Assembly: GCA_030710605.1 (NCBI GenBank)
Contig: CP092864.1
Coordinates: 139,481,418 to 139,545,417, forward strand
Source of the DNA: Cordylochernes scorpioides
Lineage: Eukaryota
Reading direction: 5' to 3'
Length of the DNA stretch: 64,000 nucleotides
Positions 38,419 through 49,930 of the stretch are shown here, piece by piece (within the stretch, counting starts at the first letter, position 1; every line of letters begins with the position of its first letter). The notes beneath the pieces are model-generated. The model was not told the DNA's origin and did no database searches. It saw only the letters and a list, made by a program, of their open reading frames with translations. A program made the translations under genes and the position numbers.

Positions 38419-38868
38419 CTATATACAGTTACGAGCGTCATGCGTTCTTCATCTCTGTCACCGTTTGCTTTTATTTTGGAATGGCGCTCTCCTATTGGTT
38501 CGCTATGATGGCGCCGCCACTGCGCAAGACACTTTGCCCCCCCCCCCCCCCACTCGCTTTTTCATTTTTGTAACTATTGTGTTGGTCGCTCCTTAAATAA
38601 ATGCATATATTAGTTAATAACTAAATGGAATCCTCTCTTTCTTTTTCCCAGTAAGAGACGCCTACGGAAGCCAACAGTACATAGACAGATAAAGCACATA
38701 GGCTATAGTTATTAACTAATATATGCATTTATTTAAGGCGCCAATTTATAATTGTAACAAATAGTATTTGAATCAAAACATTCAATCGGGTAAAACACGG
38801 GCGTTAATGATCCAACAGGTCCACGTGTCTAAATTAAAACACGGGCGTTGCCCGGGTCATTCGGCTAG
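38419..38868 (+). mobile_element. Helitron-like element of a second subfamily (TCTATATACAG ... CACGGGCGTTGCCCGGGTCATTCGGCTAG, followed by T)
   Basis: Contains a poly-C(15) tract and a CCAAT plus GC-box module (read on -: G-tract..CAAAGTG..GGCGGCGCC..CCAATAGG). The 3' part matches 54066-54160 and 62891-62950 in inverse orientation. Internal 32-bp inverted repeats sit at 38590-38625 and 38708-38740. Confidence 0.6.
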
Positions 38869-39101
38869 TTTATGTATAAACAAGGATTGACAATAGAATA
38901 TATGAAGGATGTGATTGAAAGTTTTTTTCATTTATTGGGTAAAAAAAACAGCAAACTTTCAAGCATTAGCCTTTTATAAGGACATTGAGTCTGCATAGAT
39001 GAGCACTACAATAATTCAACCCACTATAATATTCAACAGGAAGTACCTTTTCCTTAGGGAATGGAATTAAAGATATTTGACTGTATATATATGTCATAAT
39101 T

Positions 39102-39798
39102 TGTAAATAGCTGTATGCAACCCCGACCCAATATGTATGCAATGTATGTTTCAAAGACTTAATAAAGAATAAGGTAACTGGAGGATAGAACGCCTTAGAG
39201 AAACAAGGCCTAGAAAAGAGGCTTAAGAGTCAGCACAACCATTAGCAAAATTACAGCCAATTTTATGATCGCGGAAATAATAAAACTTGAGTTCAACGAC
39301 ACAGTATTTCCTGGTCGCGTCAGGACAAGTCCAAAAGACAAAGAAATTAGCAAGGACCAATTAGGAAGCAGCTTCCCAAAGGTCAACCAATAGAAAACGG
39401 CCACGTCCCACCTTTCGACCAATGGGAAAGAAGATAGGTCTTGGTGTTAAATCGAGAACCTAGGATAGGCAATCTTCGACTCGCTCCCATCGGGATAACA
39501 CCTATAGTAGTTGTTTCGCTCCCACCGAGTTCGGACCTAGTTCACTTCGCTCCCACCAAGATAGCACCTAAAGTCAATCACCGCCATGTGAATCGATAGG
39601 CCAATAGTCAGAAACCGCTCCGCCTTCTTTCAAGCCTTTCTTTCCTCCAACCAGTTGCCTTTTATTTTCAACCCATCAAGTGTCCTGGCTTATTTCCCCT
39701 GGTGTGTAAACCTTACCACTCAGCCACCACGACTGCGCCACCACCTCAACAATCACCAACCCCAAGAGTAAGATTTCCCAGCATAGAATATTACGATA
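39102..39798 (+). repeat. 5' long terminal repeat of the non-autonomous LTR-like element
   Basis: Direct repeat of 42156-42852. The minus-strand ORFs 39210-39422 and 42264-42476 are identical. Confidence 0.75.
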
Positions 39799-42155
39799 GC
39801 TATTGAAAGCCGACAGGATAAAGATGGAGATTAGCCAAGACGCCAGCAAAACAAACGGCAATGACAAACCGAGAAAGAAGAAACTGGCGACGAGCGGAAA
39901 GAAGCTAGCAAGAAGCGAGGCGACCAGACGCCTTCTAGCGGCCATTATATGGCAGATGACAGTGGCCCTCCGACGAGTCAACGCCACGCAAGGTGAGACG
40001 GAGTTCCGGAGCGCCATCCCCCGGGGAGGACGACGGACACAACCCCCGCCAACCCCAGGCAAGAGGGACGGGACAGCCGACGCCCGTGCCACCACCCCAG
40101 GCAAGTGTCAACGTGGCCGGACACCGACCACCGAGGAGTCCTCCACCGCCATGCCGTATCCGTACACCGCACCCGAAAGTAATCCACGCGACCCGGGACA
40201 GTGCAAACAGTCCCAAAACGATATCCCAGTACCGGACTTCACTTCAATTCCGCGGACCGTGCAAGCAGTCCTGAGCCCCAATCAGCCGCCCCAAGCCTAA
40301 GACGCCCCAGCCGAGCAGACCTTTCGAGACTGAGGTAGGCACCCACCCTATGGCGTCAAGAAATTGGCTTTGGACTTATATCTAACCCTACCTACCTCTT
40401 TAATCATGTATCCAACCTTGTACCCAATGAATGCACGCACGGGCTAGGCCAAACCTGTCCGAAAGGACTTGCACTGCAATCAAATTTTTCACACAGGACA
40501 ACCCTTGCCTGCATTCATTGACCCAACTACAACTCTTTATATGCCACCATTCTAATCTCACACCACGCAACTTTTCACTCAACCCAATTACCAGTACTAT
40601 ATGCCCGCAACTCACAAGCCACAACGGCTTCAACAATCACCATGCCCAAAAAACGTGTCCATACAACAGCACAGCACACAATTACCACGCGAAATCCATA
40701 CATGACCATACGTCGTCACACAACAATCACACAAATGTACCTCATAACAAACGACAATCACAACAGCAAAACACAGACGACATCCATCCAACAGGACGGT
40801 TTTTCACGCTAACAACATGCCTCACGCTAACAACACACGCACCCATACGTCATCACGCAACAAACACGCACAACCCGCCCAACAAGCGCGACACTCGCGC
40901 CAAAAGACGACAACAACCAGTAAGCACATGCACATCCGTTAGTAACAACACCCTCGTCTAACCAAAACACTAAAAATTTTCACATTAAAAAGTGCCATGT
41001 GCACTAACAATAAAAATTTTCGATATATGTTCGTGCAACCAGCACCCCTAACTCTAGTAAATTTGTTGTTCATAGTGAGAACAGGTTAAATTTTGTACAA
41101 ACAAAGGCTTCACGTGACACCTTCTCATTTACAATTTTTTTTCGATTCGTGTCACAGGTCACACCACAAAATTTTTCACTTCAGGCCAAAGACGCCTTCA
41201 CCACGCCTGTGACACTTCTCAACTCAAAACGTGTCCACGTTGAAAGCCTCACTTTCACTTAATTCCACTCTAATATCACTGAATAGCATTTTTACTAAAG
41301 TCACAACGACCATTCGATTTAATAAATGGATACAATATCCGGATTTTCAAAATACAAATAATGCCGAAACTACACCAACTCATCTCTTCACAATGTTATT
41401 GGCAGAACATAACACACGACAATACAAAAAGAGGTAAAAACCTTTCCCACCTGCCGATTTGCTAGAAGAATCGATGAATCCAACCAACCTCCACGTAAAA
41501 ATACCGACACAACCCACAAACTAAACAAAATTCGTACACAAAACACAGCGTATACACAATACAAACAATGCCGAAATTACATCACCTACGTCAGAGAAAC
41601 GATTACACATCTCCACTTAAACCAATTACCGCCGACATATCTCTAATAAAACCATTGACGATCAAACAGGAGAACGGCGAACCTGACAATCATTTAAATT
41701 CTACAATTAATAAGGTTCAAACAAATATTTCAGAATCACCATTTATAACAATATGGAAGAACATGTATCAATACCCTATCTTTCATCTGATTTTTATCCT
41801 TTGTCTGCTAGTCCTACCCTATAAATGTACCCCAGTTTTATTCCTGCTAATATATCTGGTAATCTATACCATGCCCTCCCATAGCGTTTTCGAGCTGCAA
41901 GAAGCAGTTTTTCATTTTGGACAAGCATTCGTAAAACTTATTATAATTTTAGGAAACATTTTTGCAGAAAATCTAAATAAATTCCGAGGAGATAGAAGTA
42001 ACTGAAAGGTAACAAACCAGTGCCGAAAGAAAGAAAAAAATCCCCACGCCAATAAAATAAGTAGAGAGACAATAAAAGATGCAAGTCGCACACAAAATCA
42101 ATTAGCACAAAGACAATTAGACGGCGGACAGGAAGCGTAGTTCCGCGAGGCGATT

Positions 42156-42852
42156 TGTAAATAGCTGTATGCAACCCCGACCCAATATGTATGCAATGTA
42201 TGTTTCAAAGACTTAATAAAGAATAAGGTAACTGGAGGATAGAACGCCTTAGAGAAACAAGGCCTAGAAAAGAGGCTTAAGAGTCAGCACAACCATTAGC
42301 AAAATTACAGCCAATTTTATGATCGCGGAAATAATAAAACTTGAGTTCAACGACACAGTATTTCCTGGTCGTGTCAGGACAAGTCCAAAAGACAAAGAAA
42401 TTAGCAAGGACCAATTAGGAAGCAGCTTCCCAAAGGTCAACCAATAGAAAACGGCCACGTCCCACCTTTCGACCAATGGGAAAGAAGATAGGTCTTGGTG
42501 TTAAATCGAGAACCTAGGATAGGCAATCTTCGACTCGCTCCCATCGGGATAACACCTATAGTAGTTGTTTCGCTCCCACCGAGTTCGGACCTAGTTCACT
42601 TCGCTCCCACCGAGAAAGCACCTAAAGTCAATCACCGCCATGTGAATCGATAGGCCAATAGTCAAAAACCGCTCCGCCTTCTTTCAAGCCTTTCTTTCCT
42701 CCAACCAGTTGCCTTTTATTTTCAACCCATCAAGTGTCCTGGCTTATTTCCCCTGGTGTGTAAACCTTACCACTCAGCCACCACGACTGCGCCACCACCT
42801 CAACAATCACCAACCCCAAGAGTAAGGTTTCCCAGCATAGAATATTACGATA
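42156..42852 (+). repeat. 3' long terminal repeat of the non-autonomous LTR-like element
   Basis: Direct repeat of 39102-39798. Confidence 0.75.
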
Positions 42853-43462
42853 TATACATAAGAAAGCAGTTCAGCAAACAACATTATACGGTAGTGAAGC
42901 GTTAAAGAAGATAGTCAAGAAATGTGTGAGCAAGAAGGAGGATTGACAGATTCCAGGGGGTGGGAATGGACGGCTAGTGCAGCTGGCGGTCATGTGAAAA
43001 GAAACTGCTACGTTTGGCCTGAAGGCAGGTTTGTGTGCCCAGATGGCATTCCAGTGTGGGACAGTCTGGTGATATCAACATCTGCAGTAGAAGGCCCTGC
43101 AAGTTACCTCCAGGGCATGTGGATAATCCTGCAAGATGGTGCCAGGAGAGCCTGACATCGGAGCGGCCTACAAGGCGGTGTAGTTCAGCTGGACATGTAC
43201 AGTGTGGTACAGAAGGTTTCACAAGAGTGACATCCAACAGCGCCAAGAATCCTTCTGATAGGGAAGTTGAAGGCAAGTCCCACTTATTGTACTCCTTCTG
43301 TTCAGTGTGATGTGTAGTGTAGTGTGTATAATAAAGTGCTAAAATTTGCTGCATCCGTTACGAACTCACGTGTGTATCTTTATGCCATCCTGATTAGACA
43401 AAGAACATGAACAGCATCTGGATTGACGTAACATTATATGGCCAGGAGGATAATGATCTATA

Positions 43463-43630
43463 AATAAAGGTCACCTCTCCCATCAAAATAAAGACCAAAA
43501 CTAGATGCTTCTCACTTTGCCAAAGCTGTTGCTTTGTCACTGACCTGAGTCCACTAGTTTTCTGAGACATTCACAGTAGATGCTGCCTAGTTTTGGCGTT
43601 TATTTTGATGAGAGAAGGCAACCTTTATAT
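43463..43630. mobile_element. MITE (168 bp) with ~41-bp terminal inverted repeats ATAAAGGTCACCTCTCCCATCAAAATAAAGACCAAAACTAG
   Basis: Left terminal repeat at 43463-43503 and its reverse complement at 43590-43630. It abuts the left end of the mariner at 43632. Confidence 0.65.
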
Positions 43631-43631
43631 T

Positions 43632-44877
43632 ATACAAAGGGGGATCAATAAATAAGGTGAATTATCTTATTTCTTAAAAATTAAAAAAGCAAAAATAATT
43701 TAAAGCACAGAATATTAAAATATAACATCGAGAGACTATTTAAGGTGTTCTGTTCTTTTTTCCCACGCGCGGCGCGAGACATATAAATAAACTAAAATGG
43801 AAGCTCCCTTGAAGGATTGCACCACGCTCGAACAAGGTGCAGTTATTCGTTTCTTGAATGCAGAAGGTATTCAAATATCTCAAATATGCCAAAGAATAAA
43901 AAATATCTATGGTGAGTCTTGTTTGTCTCAAAAAAACATTTATAAATGGGTTAACGAGTTCAAAAATGGACGAATTACATGTTCCTCAGGTCTCAACGTT
44001 CGGCCGGTAAAGTTTTGTTAACAATTTTTTGGGATGTGGATGGACCAATCAGTCTTGATTTTTTATCCTCAAGGCAACGTATGAACAGCGGCCTTTATTG
44101 TGACATTCTTGTAAATAAACTAAAGCCCGGATATAAGAAACAAAAGAAGAGGGAAGCTTAGTAAAGGTGTTCTCTTCCTTCATGATAATGTAAGGGGGGT
44201 CGGTGGAAGGCTGGTTAAACCGTTTGGTTTACGACCACTACGACCCGGGTTCGATCCCCGCATTGGACACTTTTTTCTGTTAAAAAAAAATGCTCCAATG
44301 GCCCCCCGATTCTTGCAAAAGTCCAACCCCACCACCGAGTGCAAGTAACCAAACGGGGCTCTGGCACATTTGTAAGTGCAAAGTCGAACTGCTTTCACAT
44401 GTGTAGACATGTGGTGCGCTTACAGTAAAAAGCAGTCGCTAACTACCCACCATGATTATCATGGCCTGTACCACGTGTACTAGGGATAAGCAAAAAAAAA
44501 AAATGATAATGCAAGGCCGCATACATCATGTAAAACTGTATCTACAATCATTAAATTAGGTTTTGAAGTTTTAGAACATCCTGCATATAGTCCAGACCTA
44601 GCCCCTTCTGACTATTTCCTTTTTGGACTACTAAAGAAGGAGTTAAAGGGAAAGCGATTTGACTCGGATGAAGATGTCCAGAAAGTGGTGCAAGATATTT
44701 TTCACACACTTCCTAAGAGTGCCTATAAAGAGGGTATTTACAAGTTGCCAGAACGATGGAAACGATGTATAGAAAGCCAAGATGATTATTTTGAATAAAT
44801 CAAGTCCTAATTTTTAATATCGTTTTTATTTTTTTTAATAAATTATAATTCACCTTATTTATTGATCCTACCTTGTA
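43632..44877 (+). mobile_element. Second mariner-like element, internally deleted (catalytic DDD core missing), with ~33-bp terminal inverted repeats TACAAAGGGGGATCAATAAATAAGGTGAATTAT
   Basis: N-terminal HTH ORF at 43797-44021 (MEAPLKDCTTLEQGAVIRFL). C-terminus at 44530-44800 (HPAYSPDLAPSDYFLFGLLKKELKGKRF...DDYFE). Terminal repeats at 43632-43664 and 44845-44877. The flanks are consistent with TA. Confidence 0.75.
44194..44503 (+). mobile_element. tRNA-derived SINE (tRNA-like head with box B GGTTCGATCC and a poly-A tail) inserted inside the mariner
   Basis: GGGGGGTCGGTGGAAGGCTGGTTAAACCG...GACCCGGGTTCGATCCCCG, then ~230 bp of body and A(12). A second copy lies at 55834-56138. Confidence 0.75.
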
Positions 44878-45206
44878 TATATAAATATCAAAGATAGATT
44901 TAACTTTATCATTTATATATTGAATGTCTTTGCGGACCTATTGTCCTAATGAATAGCTAACACTTGAAAGCTTGCTATTTTATCCAAAAAATGAAATGAT
45001 TTGCAATCAGGCTTTGTTGATTACAATGTTGAAGAGTTTTGCTTGTATACTAGTGAGGTTAGGCTTAGAGCGGACAAAACTAACTAGGCTTGGGAGCCAT
45101 TTTATTCTCTTTTTACTAGTCCAGGGATCAAAATTTAAGTTGAAATAGATAGAATAGGTGTTGAATTATAGTCAATTGAATGAAAGAAAATAGCAACTAA
45201 GAATTC

Positions 45207-45408
45207 TGCAACATCTTCGTACACATTTATTTTTAGCAAATCTTTATTGTCTTAGTAAAGTCTGATACAGCCTTTTATTGTTTATTTTCGGAACGCCAAA
45301 AAGTGACAAAAACAAATCAAAAAGGGATGATGATAACCTGCGTCTTGCAGATTAACATTTTCATAGAAACATATATATATATACATATTTATTGCTAGCT
45401 ATATATCA
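45207..45408 (-). repeat. 3' LTR of gypsy-like element 2
   Basis: Identical to 49562-49763. Confidence 0.9.
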
Positions 45409-45421
45409 CCATCTTCTCTCT

Positions 45422-46372
45422 TCAAACACGAAATCTCACAGGCGGTCTCCTCGCTCGAGGTGGGTTCCGCCTTAGGACAGGACCCTCCTCTTTCAAGGCC
45501 TCGGGGTCCAGCGAGCGAAGAGGCTCCAATGACTTTCCATCGTCTGTATCACTCTGAACCTCTGAATCTTGATCCGACCGCTGGCTAGTTAGTCCTGGCG
45601 ACAGCGACTCCATATAACCTCTGTCTCGTACAACCTCCGAGATTATGGCACTGGGACCTGCTCCTCTTGAGTGCTCGGGTTGACGCTCTCCATCTCCACT
45701 CTCATCTTCCTCACCATTCCTCCACCTTTTTCTAATTTGATCCCTGTGATAGGCCTTTACCTGTCCGTGGATCAAAATGGTGTAGACTCTAGTTCCCTTC
45801 TTGCCCACAATTTTTCCTGGGATCCATTTATCACCACCTCTAAAGTTTTTACACCACACTAAATCATCTATCTGGAATTCTTCCAAATGGGTTCGCCGAT
45901 CATACTTCATTTGCCTGGCTTGCTGGTCCCTAACTCTAGATGCCAAGCTGGGATGTATCAACGATACTCTGGTTCGAAGCGCACGCCCAATAAAGAGCTC
46001 TGATGGAGTCTTTCCCGTTGTCACATGCGGGGTGCTTCGATATGCCAGAAGAACTTTTGATAAGGTGTCTTGAATGGTATCCCCAATTTTCCTTTTATTT
46101 TTATCCAGGGCAGTCTTAATTGTTCTAACCGCTCTTTCAGCCAAGCCATTACTTTGCGGGTGGTACGCCGGGATCAATGTTTGTTTAATTCCATTTCCTT
46201 CCAGAAAACCTTTCATTTCACTACCAGTAAACTGAGGTCCATTATCAGATACAAGTTCCTCCGGTAGACCATAGGAAGAAAAAAGTCGCCGTAGTTGCTC
46301 AATGGTTTTGCGTGTGGTGGTCTCTCTCATTGGGATGGCTTCGATCCACTTTGAATGACTATCTACTACTAT
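45422..46372 (-). CDS. pol: Integrase catalytic core and C-terminus, in the same frame as the upstream Gag-Pol ORF and separated from it only by one TGA (46373-46375)
   Basis: Reading through the TGA gives ...HIDFANKENINL*IVVDSHSKWIEAIPMRETT..., which is the expected integrase D-region. The rest contains SDNGPQFTG and HPQSNGLAER (DDE core). Confidence 0.85.
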   Translation of the reverse strand: MVVDSHSKWIEAIPMRETTTRKTIEQLRRLFSSYGLPEELVSDNGPQFTGSEMKGFLEGNGIKQTLIPAYHPQSNGLAERAVRTIKTALDKNKRKIGDTIQDTLSKVLLAYRSTPHVTTGKTPSELFIGRALRTRVSLIHPSLASRVRDQQARQMKYDRRTHLEEFQIDDLVWCKNFRGGDKWIPGKIVGKKGTRVYTILIHGQVKAYHRDQIRKRWRNGEEDESGDGERQPEHSRGAGPSAIISEVVRDRGYMESLSPGLTSQRSDQDSEVQSDTDDGKSLEPLRSLDPEALKEEGPVLRRNPPRARRPPVRFRV

Positions 46373-49300
46373 TCATAAATTAATGTTTTCCTTATTTGCA
46401 AAATCAATGTGAATTCTTTGCCAAGGTCTGGTTGACCATTTCCAGGGTTGCCATTTTCCTTTATTTGGCCCATCCTGGGATTGCTGACAGCTTCTGCACT
46501 TATTTACCAAAAACTCGATTTGGGTATCTAGATTTGGCCACCAAAAATGTGATCTTGCTACAGCCTTCATTTTGTTCATACCAGAATGAGTCTCATGAAG
46601 ACAGTTCAACATTTTTATTCTGAGAGATGGTGGAATGACAACTCTCATTCCCCAAACCAAACACTCCCCATCTACAGTTAGCTCAAGTTTCCTTTGAAAA
46701 TAAGGTCTGAGGTGATCAGCCACCTTTTCAGGCCAGCCTTGCTGAGTATAAAATTTGGCCAATGAGAGCACTTCGTCTTTTTCAGTTTCTGTGGCAATTT
46801 CCTCTGCTGTGATCGGCAATTCTTCCACATAGGATAAAGCATAGACATTATTTAATCTTGGAATTTCTTCACAGCCCACAGGAAAACGTGACAGAAGATC
46901 TGCATTCCCATGGTCTTGAGTTCTTCGAAATTTAATATCGTAAGTATAAGCTGACAAAATAAGCGCCCAACGCTGCAATCTTGAAGTAGATAAGGTGGGG
47001 ATTCCTGATCTTGAGCCCAAAATGGTCACCAATGGCTTATGGTCTGTAATAAGAATAAATTTTCTTCCATAAATAAATTGATGAAACTTGGTAACTCCAT
47101 AAATAATGGCTAGAGCCTCCTTCTCAATCTGAGAATAATTTTGTTCTGCTACCGATAAAGTCCGTGAGGCAAACATAATCGGTCTCTCCTGGCCTTCTAT
47201 AATATGTGACAACACAGCGCCCACTCCAATCTGCGATGCATCAGTGGCCAAACACAATGGCAAAGTCGCATCATAAGGGACTAGCACCCTCTCAGAGGTA
47301 ATGCTATTCTTGCACTTGTCAATGGCCTCTCCACATTCCTTTGTCCAAACCCAAGGACGTTTTTTGTGAAGAAGCTCATGAAGAGGCTTCAAAAGCTCTG
47401 GCAAATTGGGTATGAACTTCCCATAAAAGTTTACCAAACCAAGAAATGACCTTAATTCAGAGATATTCGTAGGCGTTTTGGCCTTCTGTATTGCTTGTAC
47501 CTTATGATCTAAAGGTCTGATGCCCTCTTCCGTGACAAGATGTCCTAAATATTCAATTTCTTTTTGCAAAAATAGGCATTTTTCTTTCTTTAGTTTGATA
47601 TTATACTTCGCCAAGCGAGCAAATATAGTCTTCAACAACGCCAGATGTTCTTCAATTGATGCTGTGGCTATAAGGACATCATCAATATAACAAATTACGC
47701 CTCCTATACCTGACAAAACCCTATCCATTACAGATTGAAAATAACTGGGCGCATTTGCCAATCCAAATGGCATTCTCTTAAACCTGAAAAGCCCTTTATG
47801 AGTATTTATCGTTAGTAACGGTCGGGTGCCTGGGTCCACCTCTAATTGCAGATAAGCGTTCCTCAAGTCCAATTTAGAAAAGTATTTTCCCTTGGCCAAT
47901 GTGGAGAATAAATCTTGCTGTGTGGGAAGGGGATAGGCCGCAGTGTCCAAATATTTATTTAGAGTTACCTTGAAGTCGCAGCAAATTCTGATCTCTTTAT
48001 TTTTCTTCGGCACTACAACCACTGGAGTGGCCCATTTACTGCTCGCCACCTCACATAGATAACCCTTAGCCACCATTTTGTCTAATGCTTCAGTAACTGC
48101 TGGCCTAATGGCGAAAGGCACCGGACGAGCCTTATGGAAAATTGGATTCACATCACACATGTTTACTGAAAATGTGAAACCTTTTATTGGTTCGGTTGTC
48201 TCCACAAATAGGGCTTGATTTTCCTTCAAAATTTCCTCAATGGTAATTTCCACAGGCATATGTTTTACCGCGAAACAGCCCAATTTCAATCTATTTATCC
48301 ATTCTCTTCCCATCAAAGCCCTCTTTTCTCCTTTCACCACCAACGCTCTAAGTTTGTAAGTAATATCTTGACACTCCACTTTGACATTGATTTTACCCAG
48401 AATGGGTACCACGGTACCATCATAAGTTCTTACAATAATACTCGCTTTTTCCAATTTCAAGTGTTGAAGACTATTTTTAAAATCCTTTTCTGATATCAGT
48501 GTTAGACCACTACCCGTATCCATTTCAAATTTAATAAAGTTTCCTTCTACTTTTAACTCCATCAGATAGGGAGGGTCACTTGAGGCAAAATTAATTTTAT
48601 ACTCAGGTATCGTCACGCTTATAATTTTCTGGACATACTCTTCCTCCTCTTCTTGGTCTCCTATCTGATGTATATTTCCCGGCTGATTCTGATGTTGCCT
48701 TAGATTTCTTCTACTGCTCCAACATATTGAGGCAATGTGTCCTTTTTTATTACACTTAAAGCATATCGCCTCCTTAAATCTACATAGTTCTTTATGCTGT
48801 TTACCACAATGTTTACATTTGCCATTCTGGAAATTTGAATCAACCTTGCGTTCCATCCTCAACTTATCTACACAATCTTCACCCTGCTCCAAGTGAAATA
48901 ATTTTGTATTTTTCTCGGCCGCTTCCATAGATAATGCTATCTCAATTACTTTAGCTAAAGAAATGTCGCCCTCCGACAAAATTCTATTTTGTATTTTGGC
49001 ATTATATAATCCACAAACCATTTTATCACGTAAAGAATCCTCCAGAAAATTTCCAAAGTTGCATGAGGAAGCCAAACGCTTAATTTCCACCAAGTAATCC
49101 GAGATGCTTTCTTCCTTTAATTGCATTCTTTTAAAAAAAATGAACCTCTCTACTACAATTGAGCGCTTTGGAGAGAAGTGCCTTTTCAAGATATCTATTA
49201 GGTTATCAAAAGTTTTATCTTTAGGTAGAATAGGACTGCACAAATTCTTCAAAACACCATATGTTTTACTTCCCATGAGGGTTAGGAGATAAGCCTTTTT

Positions 49301-49408
49301 CTTCTCATCCCCTGCCTCCTCCAATATGAGAAACTGTTCCAATCGTTCATAAAACGTTTCAAAAGTTTCAGTTTCCTCATTATATTCCTTAAATTGGTAA
49401 CTAGCCAT
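46373..49408 (-). CDS. gag-pol: Fused Gag-Pol: gag with two CCHC knuckles (CKHCGKQHKELC, CFKCNKKGHIASIC), protease (FEMDTGSGLT), RT (CYIDDVLIA), RNase H (LATDASQIGVGAVL), integrase zinc finger (HETHSG..CRSCQ)
   Basis: 1011-aa ORF. gag and pol are in a single frame, with no frameshift. Confidence 0.9.
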   Translation of the reverse strand: MASYQFKEYNEETETFETFYERLEQFLILEEAGDEKKKAYLLTLMGSKTYGVLKNLCSPILPKDKTFDNLIDILKRHFSPKRSIVVERFIFFKRMQLKEESISDYLVEIKRLASSCNFGNFLEDSLRDKMVCGLYNAKIQNRILSEGDISLAKVIEIALSMEAAEKNTKLFHLEQGEDCVDKLRMERKVDSNFQNGKCKHCGKQHKELCRFKEAICFKCNKKGHIASICWSSRRNLRQHQNQPGNIHQIGDQEEEEEYVQKIISVTIPEYKINFASSDPPYLMELKVEGNFIKFEMDTGSGLTLISEKDFKNSLQHLKLEKASIIVRTYDGTVVPILGKINVKVECQDITYKLRALVVKGEKRALMGREWINRLKLGCFAVKHMPVEITIEEILKENQALFVETTEPIKGFTFSVNMCDVNPIFHKARPVPFAIRPAVTEALDKMVAKGYLCEVASSKWATPVVVVPKKNKEIRICCDFKVTLNKYLDTAAYPLPTQQDLFSTLAKGKYFSKLDLRNAYLQLEVDPGTRPLLTINTHKGLFRFKRMPFGLANAPSYFQSVMDRVLSGIGGVICYIDDVLIATASIEEHLALLKTIFARLAKYNIKLKKEKCLFLQKEIEYLGHLVTEEGIRPLDHKVQAIQKAKTPTNISELRSFLGLVNFYGKFIPNLPELLKPLHELLHKKRPWVWTKECGEAIDKCKNSITSERVLVPYDATLPLCLATDASQIGVGAVLSHIIEGQERPIMFASRTLSVAEQNYSQIEKEALAIIYGVTKFHQFIYGRKFILITDHKPLVTILGSRSGIPTLSTSRLQRWALILSAYTYDIKFRRTQDHGNADLLSRFPVGCEEIPRLNNVYALSYVEELPITAEEIATETEKDEVLSLAKFYTQQGWPEKVADHLRPYFQRKLELTVDGECLVWGMRVVIPPSLRIKMLNCLHETHSGMNKMKAVARSHFWWPNLDTQIEFLVNKCRSCQQSQDGPNKGKWQPWKWSTRPWQRIHIDFANKENINL

Positions 49409-49561
49409 TTTTTTTTCACTCTTTCTTAAATTTGCATCCTAAAACTTTGCAATTTGTGTCTTTTAAAATTTACTTTCAATTATATGCAAAATCAAAGATA
49501 TTTTCTAAAAATATTTACTTCAAAATTCGAGGGTACTTACTCTTATATCCTCGTCGCCAAA

Positions 49562-49763
49562 TGCAACATCTTCGTACACATTTATTTTTAGCAAATCTTT
49601 ATTGTCTTAGTAAAGTCTGATACAGCCTTTTATTGTTTATTTTCGGAACGCCAAAAAGTGACAAAAACAAATCAAAAAGGGATGATGATAACCTGCGTCT
49701 TGCAGATTAACATTTTCATAGAAACATATATATATATACATATTTATTGCTAGCTATATATCA
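49562..49763 (-). repeat. 5' LTR of gypsy-like element 2
   Basis: Identical to 45207-45408. Confidence 0.9.
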
Positions 49764-49889
49764 AATTCTTCTAACACAATCAAGTATTGGAGATTTGAAA
49801 CAATCTAGTTCAATAATATGTGAAATCCTCCTACAGTTCACTCCTAGAGTTCACTTCTTACACTAATAATATTTACAGTACTTTAAAAT

Positions 49890-49899
49890 AAATACACAG

Positions 49900-49930
<31 letters not shown>
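49890..49930. repeat. Homopolymer C(31) tract
   Basis: Read directly. Other long homopolymers: T(31) at 30073, C(22) at 21785, G(22) at 63250, T(25) at 1417. Confidence 0.95.

Larger units (their letters stand above)
39102..42852 (+). mobile_element. Non-autonomous LTR-retrotransposon-like element with 697-bp direct terminal repeats and a 2.36-kb internal region without RT
   Basis: The repeats at 39102-39798 and 42156-42852 are about 99% identical (roughly 6 mismatches) and start with TG (TGTAAATAGC). A purine-rich tract GGACAGGAAGCG precedes the 3' repeat. The internal ORFs (39803-40300, 40431-40961, 41568-42005) are low-complexity and not recognisable. Confidence 0.6.
45207..49763 (-). mobile_element. 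Complete Ty3/gypsy-like LTR retrotransposon (4557 bp) with identical 202-bp LTRs and a 5-bp target-site duplication AATTC
   Basis: LTRs at 45207-45408 and 49562-49763 are 100% identical, with TG..CA termini on the element strand. AATTC sits at 45202-45206 and 49764-49768. A PBS-like TGGCGACGAGGAT follows the 5' LTR, and a polypurine tract GAAGAGAGAAGATGG precedes the 3' LTR. Confidence 0.9.

Noticed and set aside
40431-40961. 176-aa His/Asn/Thr-rich ORF
   Set aside because: Low-complexity composition in A/C-rich DNA. No domain is recognisable and it is probably not coding.
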